Assembly: GCA_046483445.1 (NCBI GenBank)
Contig: JAWODD010000041.1
Span: forward strand, 42,303-106,302
Origin: Bacillota bacterium
GTDB taxonomy: Bacteria > Bacillota > Dethiobacteria > DTU022
Direction: 5' to 3'
Length of the DNA stretch: 64,000 nucleotides
Shown one piece after another: positions 16,614 through 25,990 of the stretch. The notes below the pieces were generated by a model. It saw nothing but the letters and a program-made list of their open reading frames with translations, searched no databases and was not told the origin of the DNA. The position numbers and the translations under genes are program-made. Numbering within the stretch: position 1 is the first letter of the stretch; each line of letters opens with the position of its first letter.

Positions 16614-19052
16614 TTATTCTTCTTCCTGTTTATTAAGATCTTTATCTTCTTCGGAAGTCTTGCCAAAGTTTTTCATTCGCTGGGCATAGGAACGAAGCGC
16701 CTGCTCTACCTTGAAGTTAATGCTATCCTCTTCGAAAGTACCGTCTTCTTTTCTCCTGCCTGCCCTGGTTCCTGTTAAAAGTTCGATCCCTTCTACAACC
16801 GTATTTACGGCGTAAACGTAAAAATCTCCCCGGCGGACGGCTTCGACAACTTCTTCTTTCAGCATCAGGTTTGGTTCATTACTCCTGGGAATGATTACTC
16901 CCTGGTCTCCGGTTAAGCCGCGGGTTTTGCACAGTTCATAGAATCCTTCAATTTTTTCGTTTACTCCACCGATGGCCTGCACTTCTCCCCTTTGATTGAC
17001 GGAACCGGTTACAGCCAGGTTTTGTTTCAAGGGTACGTTTGCCAGGGAAGACAATAGAGTATACAATTCAGTGCTGGAGGCGCTGTCGCCTTCTATTTCG
17101 GAGTAACTTTGCTCAAAGACAAGCCTGGCTGACAGGGTTAAAGGCATTTCTTTAGCGTACATCGATGATAGATAACCGCTTAAGATCATCACCCCTTTGC
17201 TGTGCAGGCGGCCGCCCAGCTGTGCTTCCCTTTCTATGTCGATGATGCCTCCCCGGCCCATTCCCAGGCTGCAGGTGATCCTGGTCGGCTTTCCAAAAGA
17301 ATATTCTCCCAGCTGCATCACTGAAAGCCCATTTATTTGGCCAACCTTTGCTTCTTCGGTATCGATTAGCAGGAAATTTCGTTCCATTGATTCCTGAAGT
17401 TTTTCCTGGACCAGGTTTGAACGGTAAACTTTTGATTCAATCGCCTGGTTAATATGTTCATCACGCACATAATCTTCGGAATTGGAATGGGCATAAAAAC
17501 AGGCTTCTCTAACGATATCGGCTATCTCCGAAAAGCGGGTTGATAGTTTATTTTGATCTTCAGCCAGGCGCGAGCCATGCTCAACAATTTTGGCCATGGC
17601 GTTGTTATCCAGATTTATTAAGTTTTCCTTCTGACAAAAAGAGTTGGCGAAAGAACAATAGCTCTTTATGTTTTCTTCGTTGCGTTCCATGATAGTGTCA
17701 AAGTCTGCTTTTACTTTAAACAGTTCTCTAAAGTCCAAGTCCAGGTTGTACAGAAGGTGGTAAAAGATCGGAGTGCCGATGATTACAATCTTAACGTCAA
17801 GTTTGACCGGTTCCGGGCGAAGGGTTTTGGTAGCTACAAAACCAAGCTTTTCTCCCGGTTCTTCAATTTCCAACTCATTGCTTTTGATTACTCGCTTCAG
17901 GCTTTCCCAGGTGAAGGGGTTTCTAAGCAGCTCATCTATTTTTACGACAAAAAAACCGCCGTTGGCCTTGTGCAGGGAACCCCCGCGAATCATGGTGAAA
18001 TCGGTAACCAGCCCTCCAAACTGGGTTTCCTTTTCGATCCGGCCAAAGATATTGTTATAGGTAGGGTTTAGTTCCAGCACTACCGGGGCGCCCTTAAGAT
18101 CAGAGTTATCTACGATCACATTAACCTGGTATTTTTTAAACCTGGCTTCCTGGTCACCGGGAATAGGGAAGGGAAGAGGTTGCTGTTGTTGTTGCTGTTC
18201 CTGCTGCCTGAACATATTGATATTATCCAGCATGTCTTCCTGCATTTCTTGGAGGAAGTTGATCACCTTCGGGAACCCTTTGTATTTTTCTAACAAATCC
18301 TGGAAAAGGTGTTCCACGGCAAAGAGGGCTGCCTTGCGATCCAGTTCTTTTATTTCTTCAGCCAGCTTTTTATCAATATTTCTTGTTTCCCGGAGAGTGC
18401 TCTTAAGTTCTTCCTCGAGTTTTCGTTTTTTCTCAAAAATTTCTTCCCGCTCTTTATCCGACAAAGCGTTTAAATCCTGATCCTGCAGGGGCTTGCCGTC
18501 TTTCTGGGGCAACAGCACAAAACCGCTGGGAGTGCTTTGGATAATAAAACTACTTTCTGAAGCTTTCTGGTTAAGGTCATTAAACATTTTTTGTTTTTTT
18601 TCGTTATACTGGTTTGCCAGGTTTTCTCTTTGCGCAATGTAATCGTCGCTTTCAAAAGCGCGCGGAATCTCCTGGCGCGCGTTTTCCACCAGGCTTCCAA
18701 CATCTTTTTCCAGCACAGCTCCCTGGCCTGCCGGGAGCACCAGGTTGTGTGGTTGGTAGGGAGATTTAAAGTTATTAACGTAACATAGGTCAGAAGGAGT
18801 GGGAGCTTCTTTAGCGATTTGATCTACGTAGTTTTTTACCGCCGTTTCCTTTCCTGTGCCTGGCATACCGGCGGCATATATATTAAAGCCGGGACTTTTT
18901 ATGTTTAAGCCAAATTCCAGGGCGTGCAAAGCTCTATCTTGCCCCACTATGCTCTCGCTGTTTCCGTCTTTTTTAACCGGGCTCTCGATGGTGGTATCCT
19001 CCGGTTTGTATTCCAACCTTAACTTTTCTGCCGGGATTTTCATGCTTTCCAT
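16614..19052 (-). CDS. Lon-like protease, LonC-type (AAA-like domain with degenerate Walker A, plus S16 Ser-Lys proteolytic domain)
   Basis: AAGGAG RBS on the minus strand. GMPGTGKETAV is a P-loop in which the residue after Lys is Glu, not Ser/Thr. The C-terminus LAVTGSVNQRGEVQAIGGVNEKIEGF is a Lon S16 domain with a catalytic Ser...Lys dyad. 812 aa. An internal QQEQQQQQQ tract is present. Confidence 0.8.
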   Translation of the reverse strand: MESMKIPAEKLRLEYKPEDTTIESPVKKDGNSESIVGQDRALHALEFGLNIKSPGFNIYAAGMPGTGKETAVKNYVDQIAKEAPTPSDLCYVNNFKSPYQPHNLVLPAGQGAVLEKDVGSLVENARQEIPRAFESDDYIAQRENLANQYNEKKQKMFNDLNQKASESSFIIQSTPSGFVLLPQKDGKPLQDQDLNALSDKEREEIFEKKRKLEEELKSTLRETRNIDKKLAEEIKELDRKAALFAVEHLFQDLLEKYKGFPKVINFLQEMQEDMLDNINMFRQQEQQQQQQPLPFPIPGDQEARFKKYQVNVIVDNSDLKGAPVVLELNPTYNNIFGRIEKETQFGGLVTDFTMIRGGSLHKANGGFFVVKIDELLRNPFTWESLKRVIKSNELEIEEPGEKLGFVATKTLRPEPVKLDVKIVIIGTPIFYHLLYNLDLDFRELFKVKADFDTIMERNEENIKSYCSFANSFCQKENLINLDNNAMAKIVEHGSRLAEDQNKLSTRFSEIADIVREACFYAHSNSEDYVRDEHINQAIESKVYRSNLVQEKLQESMERNFLLIDTEEAKVGQINGLSVMQLGEYSFGKPTRITCSLGMGRGGIIDIEREAQLGGRLHSKGVMILSGYLSSMYAKEMPLTLSARLVFEQSYSEIEGDSASSTELYTLLSSLANVPLKQNLAVTGSVNQRGEVQAIGGVNEKIEGFYELCKTRGLTGDQGVIIPRSNEPNLMLKEEVVEAVRRGDFYVYAVNTVVEGIELLTGTRAGRRKEDGTFEEDSINFKVEQALRSYAQRMKNFGKTSEEDKDLNKQEEE
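18170..18205 (-). repeat. CAG/CAA trinucleotide tract encoding a poly-Gln linker inside the Lon-like gene
   Basis: + strand reads ...gaggttgctgttgttgttgctgttcctgctg...; the minus strand encodes QQEQQQQQQP. Confidence 0.5.
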
Positions 19053-19128
19053 TAAAAAAGTCTCCTTTTTTTAGAATAAATTAATGTTAGCAAATAATTT
19101 AACAAGCAATCAAATTTAATGCCCATGG

Positions 19129-20625
19129 TTAAAGCCGGTTCAAGTACTGCTTCAAATGCTCAGGCATTTGTTCAGGTTTGATCACCTGGTGATGCTTTAC
19201 CGGTTTTTTTTCCAGTTTTGCCAGGTTTACTGGAACCGGCATTCCGGTTTCCCGGTTTAAAATCTTGATCATATCAAATTCGCTTAGGTTATTTATCTTG
19301 TTTTTATCGAACAGGGCCTGCAGGGTGCTCCCGGCGAATTTATAGGGGCTGGCTGTGGATAAAAGGACCGAGGTAGTTGGGTCATTTTCCTTTTCCCGGT
19401 ATTTGTCCAGCACGTTTTTCCCAACCGCAGTATGCGGGTCGGTTAAATAGTGGTAATTCCGGTAAGTGTCAGCTATAGTCTGCAGGGTTTCATCATCTCC
19501 GGCATAATCCGACCAGAACAATTCCTGTATTTTTTTGTGAGTTTCCTGATCGATTGTGTAAGTGCCTGTTTCGGTTAGCTGGTCCATCCAATATGATATT
19601 TTTTCACCGTCGTGGTTGGTTAACTCGAATAGCAGGCGTTCAAGATTGCTCGATACCAGGATGTCCATGGAAGGAGAATGGCTCCTATAAAAAGGCCTGC
19701 GCTTGTCATAAGTGCCTGTGTTAATAAAATCAGTGAGGACATTATTGCGGTTGGCGGCACAAATCAACCGGTTAACCGGCAGGCCCAGGCATTTGGCATA
19801 ATAACCGGCCAGGATATTGCCAAAATTGCCGGTGGGAACAACAAAATTTACTTTATCTCCGGCTTTGAGAGCTTCCCGGTTGATCAGCTGGCGGCAAGCG
19901 AAAAAGTAATATACTATTTGAGGCAGCAGGCGCCCCCAGTTAATTGAATTGGCCGAGGATAATCGGTAGCCCGATTTCTGCAGCTTTAAAGAGAATTCCT
20001 GGTCATTAAAGATTTGTTTAACTGCGCTTTGCGTATCATCAAAATTACCTTCTACGGCGAATACTCCCACATTTGAGCCTTCCTGGGTGGTCATTTGCAA
20101 TCTTTGAATTTCACTGACTCCTCTTTCCGGGAAGTAGACAATGATTTTTATTCCGGGGACATCGCGAAACCCTTCCAGGGCTGATTTGCCGGTATCGCCG
20201 GAAGTAGCGGTTAAGATCACTATTTCTGAAGCTTCACTGGCGGTTTCAACTGCGGTTTTTAAAAGGTAAGGTAAAATCTGCAGGGCAATATCTTTGAAAG
20301 CATAGGTGGGACCGTGAAAGAGCTCCAGGACATCTAGTTGGCTGGAGAGTTTTTCCAGAGGAGTGATTGCCGGCTGGTCAAAAGTATCCTGAGTGTAAGC
20401 GGATTGAACCGCGTGTTCTATTTCCAGCCGGCTGTAATCTTTCAGGAAAGGTTCAAAAATGGCCGTGGTTGTTTCCCGGTAATCACTGGCAGACAAATTT
20501 TCTACTTTAATGGACTGGAGCGGTTCAGCAGGGACGAATAGCCCTCCGTCAGGCGCTAACCCCTTGATGATTGCTTCTTTGGCGGTGGTGGGCCCTGTTT
20601 GACCCCTGGTGCTGTAATAACGCAT
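19129..20625 (-). CDS. thrC: threonine synthase (long form)
   Basis: MRYYSTRGQTGPTTAKEAIIKGLAPDGGLFVP is the classic ThrC N-terminus. 498 aa. AAGGGG RBS. Confidence 0.9.
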   Translation of the reverse strand: MRYYSTRGQTGPTTAKEAIIKGLAPDGGLFVPAEPLQSIKVENLSASDYRETTTAIFEPFLKDYSRLEIEHAVQSAYTQDTFDQPAITPLEKLSSQLDVLELFHGPTYAFKDIALQILPYLLKTAVETASEASEIVILTATSGDTGKSALEGFRDVPGIKIIVYFPERGVSEIQRLQMTTQEGSNVGVFAVEGNFDDTQSAVKQIFNDQEFSLKLQKSGYRLSSANSINWGRLLPQIVYYFFACRQLINREALKAGDKVNFVVPTGNFGNILAGYYAKCLGLPVNRLICAANRNNVLTDFINTGTYDKRRPFYRSHSPSMDILVSSNLERLLFELTNHDGEKISYWMDQLTETGTYTIDQETHKKIQELFWSDYAGDDETLQTIADTYRNYHYLTDPHTAVGKNVLDKYREKENDPTTSVLLSTASPYKFAGSTLQALFDKNKINNLSEFDMIKILNRETGMPVPVNLAKLEKKPVKHHQVIKPEQMPEHLKQYLNRL

Positions 20626-20746
20626 TTAATCTGCCCCTTTTGATATTATTTCTTGGTGCATTATAAAAATTCGCCATTAATGGGGGAAATTCCTTTATGG
20701 TGTTTAAAGCTTGTCCTTTTGCTCCTGGATTTCTTGGCCTCCGGCC

Positions 20747-20781
20747 CGGTGCCCTTGACAAAAGTAAGTTAAAAGTATATT
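20747..20781 (+). promoter_or_regulatory. putative sigma-A promoter for the iPGM-like gene
   Basis: TTGACA, then the 17-nt spacer AAAGTAAGTTAAAAGTA, then TATTTT. Confidence 0.4.
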
Positions 20782-20851
20782 TTCATGGCACAGCTTGCAG
20801 TTCCTGCAAAATTTTGCCTCTGCCAACCTGGTAAAGGAGCGTGATTAACAC

Positions 20852-22066
20852 TTGAAGTACATAGTAATTGTCGGAGACGGGATGGCTGATTACCCTATGG
20901 AGCAGTTGGGTAACAAGACAGCTTTGCAGTATGCTCAAACTCCTTCGTTTGACCGGATTGCCGCTGAAGGTGAAGTTGGATTGGTCAAAACAATTCCGGG
21001 TGATCTGCCTCCGGGAAGTGATACGGCTAATCTTTCGGTAATTGGTTATGACCCGCTGCAGTACTATACCGGGCGTTCTCCTTTTGAAGCGATTAGCCTG
21101 GGAGTGGAATTGGAACCCACCGATGTTTCTTTTCGCTGCAATTTGGTTACTCTTTCAGAGGATGAACCTTACCGGAGTAAAATGATGAGCGACTACTGTG
21201 CCGGTGAAATATCAACCGAGGAAGCTGGTGAACTTATAGCTGCAGTAAATGAAAAGCTTGCAACAGAGAAAATTGAATTTCACAGCGGTTTTAACTACCG
21301 GCATCTTATGGTTTGGCATGGCGCCCCTGATCATTGGGAGCTAACCCCGCCCCATGATATTAGCGGACAGGCAATCAGCAGTTACCTTCCCGCAGGGGAG
21401 GAAAGCGACAAATTAAGGTTAATGATGGAGGAAAGTTACAGGATTCTTGCCGACCACCCGGTAAACCGTAAAAGAATTGACAAAGGGCTAAACCCGGCCA
21501 ATTCCATCTGGATCTGGGGCAACGGCAAGAAACCGCTTTTGCCCGCTTTTAAGGAAAAATACGGTTTGAACGGGTCGGTAATTTCGGCTGTTGATCTGGT
21601 TAAGGGGATCGGCTTATTTGCCGGTCTCGATTTGATTAAAGTAGAGGGGGCTACTGGCAACCTGGATACCAATTACAGGGGAAAGGCTGAAGCGGCGATT
21701 AAAGCGCTTCAGGGCGATCAGGATTTTATTTACCTGCACGTTGAAGCTCCCGATGAATGTTCCCACCGCTTTGAAACGGAAAATAAGCTCAAAGCAATTG
21801 AATTAATCGATCAAGAAGTGGTAAAAACAATCACTGATTATTTGGAAAAAAGCGGTTTTGACTATAATATACTAATGATTACCGATCATTACACCCCGCT
21901 TTCGCTGGGAACTCATACCAGGGAACCGGTCCCTTTTGCCATTTATCGCAGCAGCGGCCCTAATAAGGTCCAGGAACTAAAATTTGATGAAGCCAGCGCT
22001 TCCGGCACCGGTTTATTTATAGAGGAAGGTTACCGGTTAATGGACCGCTTTATAAAACAGGCATGA
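20852..22066 (+). CDS. cofactor-independent phosphoglycerate mutase family (archaeal ApgM-type); probably the 'proposed homoserine kinase' subgroup found beside thrC
   Basis: MKYIVIVGDGMADYPMEQLGNKTALQYAQTPSFDRIA...GSDTANLSVIGYDP is typical of the COG3635 / ApgM family. TTG start with an AAGGAG RBS. Divergently adjacent to thrC. Confidence 0.75.
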   Translation: MKYIVIVGDGMADYPMEQLGNKTALQYAQTPSFDRIAAEGEVGLVKTIPGDLPPGSDTANLSVIGYDPLQYYTGRSPFEAISLGVELEPTDVSFRCNLVTLSEDEPYRSKMMSDYCAGEISTEEAGELIAAVNEKLATEKIEFHSGFNYRHLMVWHGAPDHWELTPPHDISGQAISSYLPAGEESDKLRLMMEESYRILADHPVNRKRIDKGLNPANSIWIWGNGKKPLLPAFKEKYGLNGSVISAVDLVKGIGLFAGLDLIKVEGATGNLDTNYRGKAEAAIKALQGDQDFIYLHVEAPDECSHRFETENKLKAIELIDQEVVKTITDYLEKSGFDYNILMITDHYTPLSLGTHTREPVPFAIYRSSGPNKVQELKFDEASASGTGLFIEEGYRLMDRFIKQA

Positions 22067-23265
22067 TCAAAACGGATCGCGGGAAAATACTAACTTTTAA
22101 CTTCATGGCTCTCTTCGGGGCGGTATTTTTCCTTTTCTTTGCCCTGGATTTTTATATCCCTGTTCTGCCTTTTTATGTGATCGAGGTTGGGGGAAGAGAA
22201 ACCGCAGTGGGGATGCTGATGGGGCTATTCACTTTTTGTTCGGTTGTTCTGCGGCCCTTCCAGGGGCGCACTCTCAACCGGCGCGGCCGTAAAAGGCTTT
22301 TGATTATGGGCATTGGCCTTTATGCCGCTGGTGGCATGGGTTTGCTGTTTTTACCGCCCTTACCGTTGGTTTTTATCTTCCGCGCCGTTCAGGGTTTTGG
22401 TTGGGGAGCTTTTTTGCTGGCCTATAATACCCTCACTCTTGATTTGGCCCCCGAGGGTAGAAAGGGGGAAGCGCTTGGCTTAATGGGGATGGCCCCGCCG
22501 CTTTCCCTGGCTACCGGGCCGCTTATTGGTGAACAATTAAGGCTTGGCACCGATGGCAACTACCTGCTGCTATTTTTAGTAGCCTCAGTTGCCGCCCTGT
22601 TTGCCCTTTTCAGCGGTTCTCTGGTTAAAGAGTCTTCATTCAATGAACAACAAGGAAGCGCAATAAAAGGAAGCGAGACGACAGGGGTAAAAGCGCCGCT
22701 TTATTCCCGGAAAGTGCTTTTACCTTCTTTGATTATTTTTTTCATGACCTTTAACCTGGGCAGCATCCTTACCTTCCTGCCCCTTTTAGGAGAAGTCCGG
22801 GATATCCAGGCTGTGGGATACTTTTTCACTATATTTGCTCTAACTGCAGTGTTTTCCCGTCCGGCAGCGGGCCGGCTTTCCGACTATTTGGGCAGGCCTA
22901 AAGTTTTTTTACCCGCCCTGGTCATTGCTTCTACAGCTTTGGCGATGATTGCCTTATCTTATTCTTCGCAGCTCCTGCTGCTCAGCGCTTTTATCCTGGG
23001 GCTGGGGTTTGGCGCCGGGCACTCCTCGGTGCTGGCCATGGCGGCTGACCGGATGTCACTTGTGGAACGGGGTGTGGGGATGGCCACATTTACCGCCACT
23101 TTTGATCTGGGTATTGTAGCCGGTTCAAGCACCCTGGGGATTCTTTTAAACTGGTTTGACTTTAAAGCGGTATTTTTTCTTTGTGCCCTGGTAATGTTTG
23201 CCCCGGTTTTTATTTATATTTTCAGGTACCGGGTAAAAAACAGCTTTATTCGGTTAAAAACCTGA
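22063..23265 (+). CDS. MFS transporter
   Basis: 400 aa, about 12 predicted TM helices. The GRTLNRRGRKRLL loop between TM2 and TM3 is the MFS signature. ATGA overlap with the upstream gene. Confidence 0.75.
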   Translation: MIKTDRGKILTFNFMALFGAVFFLFFALDFYIPVLPFYVIEVGGRETAVGMLMGLFTFCSVVLRPFQGRTLNRRGRKRLLIMGIGLYAAGGMGLLFLPPLPLVFIFRAVQGFGWGAFLLAYNTLTLDLAPEGRKGEALGLMGMAPPLSLATGPLIGEQLRLGTDGNYLLLFLVASVAALFALFSGSLVKESSFNEQQGSAIKGSETTGVKAPLYSRKVLLPSLIIFFMTFNLGSILTFLPLLGEVRDIQAVGYFFTIFALTAVFSRPAAGRLSDYLGRPKVFLPALVIASTALAMIALSYSSQLLLLSAFILGLGFGAGHSSVLAMAADRMSLVERGVGMATFTATFDLGIVAGSSTLGILLNWFDFKAVFFLCALVMFAPVFIYIFRYRVKNSFIRLKT

Positions 23266-23333
23266 GTATTTTTATATCAGCAAACTTAATCAGCTTTTTA
23301 AAATGCTGGTTGATTAATGTGGGAGGGACAAAA

Positions 23334-25250
23334 ATGGCAGAAACTATGACCTGCAAAATCTTAAGTAAGCACCTGGTGGAAGGGCAGCTGAAGAAAGGCT
23401 CGGAAATTGGTATTCGCATCGACCAGACCTTGACCCAGGATGCCACCGGGACCATGGCCTACTTACAGCTGGAAGCATTGGGAATCGATCAAGTAAAAAC
23501 CGATCTGTCGGTTAGCTACGTGGACCACAACACTTTGCAGAACAGTTTTGAAAATGCCGATGACCACCGTTTCCTGCAGTCGACGGCGGCTAAGTTCGGA
23601 GTCTGGTTTTCCCGTCCCGGCAACGGAATTTGTCACCAGGTGCATCTGGAGCGGTTTGGAGTTCCCGGAAAAACCCTGCTAGGTTCGGACAGCCACACCC
23701 CGACTGCCGGCGGCCTGGGCATGCTGGGCATTGGCGCCGGTGGCCTTGATGTGGCTGTAGCCATGGCCGGCGGGCCATTTTACTTGACGGTACCGGAAGT
23801 GTTAAAAGTTAATTTAAACGGCAGCCTGCCTCCCTGGACCGGGGCCAAGGATATTATCCTGGAACTGCTTCGCCGGCTTTCAGTTAAAGGCGGGGTGGGA
23901 AAAGTAGTTGAATACGGCGGTCCGGGAGTGGAAAAACTATCCGTTCATGAAAGGGCTACCATAAGCAACATGGGTGCCGAACTGGGAGCCACTACTTCGC
24001 TTTTCCCCAGCGATGCTGTTACCCGCAGGTTCCTGGAAGGACAGAACAGGGCAGATCAGTTTGTGCCGCTGGAAGCAGATCCCGGTGCTGAATACGAGCA
24101 TGAAATTACCATCAATTTGGACAACCTCGAGCCTTTGGCGGCAATGCCGCACAGCCCTGACGCGGTAAAACCGGTAAAAGAGATCGGCCCGCTTAAAGTC
24201 GACCAGGTGGCGGTGGGCAGCTGCACCAATGGTTCCTACTACGACCTGCGCCTGGTAGCGGAAGTGCTTAAAGGTAAAGTGATTCATCCCGGGCTCAGCC
24301 TGGTGGTTGCTCCCGGTTCCCGGCAGGTCTCCATGGCTTTGGCCAAGGAAAGCACAATTGAAAGCCTGCTGGCTTCGGGAGCGAGGATTCTTGAATCGGC
24401 CTGCGGTCCCTGCATCGGCATGGGGCAGGCCCCTCCTTCAGGGGGAGTTTCCGTGCGTACCTTTAACCGGAACTTTGCCGGGCGCAGTGGGACCGCCGAT
24501 GCCGGGGTTTATCTGACCGGTCCGGCTGCAGCAGCGGCCGCCGCCCTTACTGGAGAATTGACCGATCCCCGCGAACTGGGCAATTATCCGCAGTTGCCTG
24601 AAACTTACCTGCCGGTGGTGGATGACCGCATGCTGTTAGAACCGCCTGAGGATGGAAGCAAAGTGGAAATAATAAGGGGTCCCAATATAAAACCCCTGCC
24701 TCTTAATGAAGCTTTGCCTGAAAAGCTGGAACTGAAGGTTTTACTGACGGTGGAAGATAATATAACTACCGATCATATTTTGCCAGGCGGCTCGAAGGTA
24801 CTGCCGCTCAGATCGAATATTGAAGCTATAAGTGAATATGTATTTGCCTCCCTGGACCCGGACTTTCCGGCAAAAGCTAAGGAATATGGCAGGGGGCTGG
24901 TTATAGGGGGCGAAAATTACGGCCAGGGATCGAGCCGTGAACATGCGGCCCTGGCACCCATGCACCTGGGAGTCAAAGTGGTTTTGGCCAAATCTTTTGC
25001 CCGGATCCACCACGCTAACCTGGTTAATTTCGGCATATTGCCCCTTACTTTTGCCGATCCCGCCGACTATGAACAGGTTTCACCCGGGGATGTACTGATC
25101 CTGGAAGATTTGCATCAGCAGTTAAACAACCGGGAGATAATTGTGCAAAACAGGCAAAGCGGTCAAAAGATTAAAGCCCTGCACCACCTTTCGCCGCGCC
25201 AGGTTGAGGTGGTCAAAGCCGGAGGACTGCTTAACTACACCCGTCGCTAG
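23334..25250 (+). CDS. aconitase-family hydratase (fused large + swivel domains, ~638 aa; short clostridial aconitate hydratase type)
   Basis: GGGAGGG RBS then ATG at 23334 (the ORF-track 5' extension was rejected). Fe-S ligand motifs ...VGSCTNGS... and ...SACGPCIGMGQ.... LeuD-like swivel domain ...GENYGQGSSREHAALAP.... Confidence 0.8.
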   Translation: MAETMTCKILSKHLVEGQLKKGSEIGIRIDQTLTQDATGTMAYLQLEALGIDQVKTDLSVSYVDHNTLQNSFENADDHRFLQSTAAKFGVWFSRPGNGICHQVHLERFGVPGKTLLGSDSHTPTAGGLGMLGIGAGGLDVAVAMAGGPFYLTVPEVLKVNLNGSLPPWTGAKDIILELLRRLSVKGGVGKVVEYGGPGVEKLSVHERATISNMGAELGATTSLFPSDAVTRRFLEGQNRADQFVPLEADPGAEYEHEITINLDNLEPLAAMPHSPDAVKPVKEIGPLKVDQVAVGSCTNGSYYDLRLVAEVLKGKVIHPGLSLVVAPGSRQVSMALAKESTIESLLASGARILESACGPCIGMGQAPPSGGVSVRTFNRNFAGRSGTADAGVYLTGPAAAAAAALTGELTDPRELGNYPQLPETYLPVVDDRMLLEPPEDGSKVEIIRGPNIKPLPLNEALPEKLELKVLLTVEDNITTDHILPGGSKVLPLRSNIEAISEYVFASLDPDFPAKAKEYGRGLVIGGENYGQGSSREHAALAPMHLGVKVVLAKSFARIHHANLVNFGILPLTFADPADYEQVSPGDVLILEDLHQQLNNREIIVQNRQSGQKIKALHHLSPRQVEVVKAGGLLNYTRR

Positions 25251-25632
25251 AGTTATAGGCGGCCGCGATTGCGCAGGCAAAAGGGGCTTCGTGGGTTAAC
25301 GATATGGTTACAGCTGTAATCTTGCGTTCTTCGGCCAGTTTTGCGGCGATGCCTGAAAGCTTTACTTCGGGCTGTTTTCCTGCGGGGGCGAAAATTTCAA
25401 CCTCGCGCATGGCGGCCGGGCCGATCCCGCAGCCGATTGCCTTTAAAACAGCTTCCTTGGCTGCAAAACGGGCAGCCAGGGAAGCCATTGGGGCTCCTTT
25501 TTCCTGGAACTGCGCCTTTTCCCGCTCTGTAAACAGCCTGCTTAGAAAACGTTCGGGAAATTTACCATACACTTTTTTAATCCTATTAACGGCTACAAGG
25601 TCAACTCCGACCCCAAGAAGCATTAAATTCAC
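25231..25632 (-). CDS. acpS: holo-[acyl-carrier-protein] synthase
   Basis: MLLGVGVDLVAVNRI...FAAKEAVLKAIG... are the typical AcpS motifs. 133 aa. The 3' end overlaps the aconitase gene stop by 20 nt (convergent). Confidence 0.85.
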   Translation of the reverse strand: MNLMLLGVGVDLVAVNRIKKVYGKFPERFLSRLFTEREKAQFQEKGAPMASLAARFAAKEAVLKAIGCGIGPAAMREVEIFAPAGKQPEVKLSGIAAKLAEERKITAVTISLTHEAPFACAIAAAYNSSDGCS

Positions 25633-25990
25633 CCCCGGAAACTTATTATAGCATGGTAATTTGCCAATTACATCACTGCTGGCAATACCACAAGGTCTTT
25701 TTTTTTGTATCTCTACACCTTTGGTTGGCAGTAGATCTACATTCCCTATTGAGTGGGGATTTTAATAAAGTTTATAATTCCAGGTGAATTCACATGTCGA
25801 GAACTCTATTAGCGTATTTTGGCTCGTTAAACCGGCAAACAAAAAGGCAACGATAACAGCTTTAATCTAAAGCAATGCTTTCGCTATATTACTTGTTTTA
25901 ATCAGGCATCTTTGGCTGCCGGGTGGTCTTGACAGGTACCGGTTAACGTGCATGATATAATATCGTAAGCAATAAAATTTATGTATAAGG

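Noticed and set aside
20626-20760. Possible T-box leader upstream of thrC
   Set aside because: Read on the minus strand, the leader is only ~60 nt from the TATAAT to the start codon. It contains no T-box consensus sequence (AAUUAGGGUGGUACCGCG).
23181-23333. 5' extension of the aconitase-family ORF (MCPGNVCPGFYLYF...)
   Set aside because: It overlaps the end of the MFS gene and has no RBS. The internal ATG at 23334 has a GGGAGGG RBS and starts at the conserved MAETMTCKIL N-terminus.
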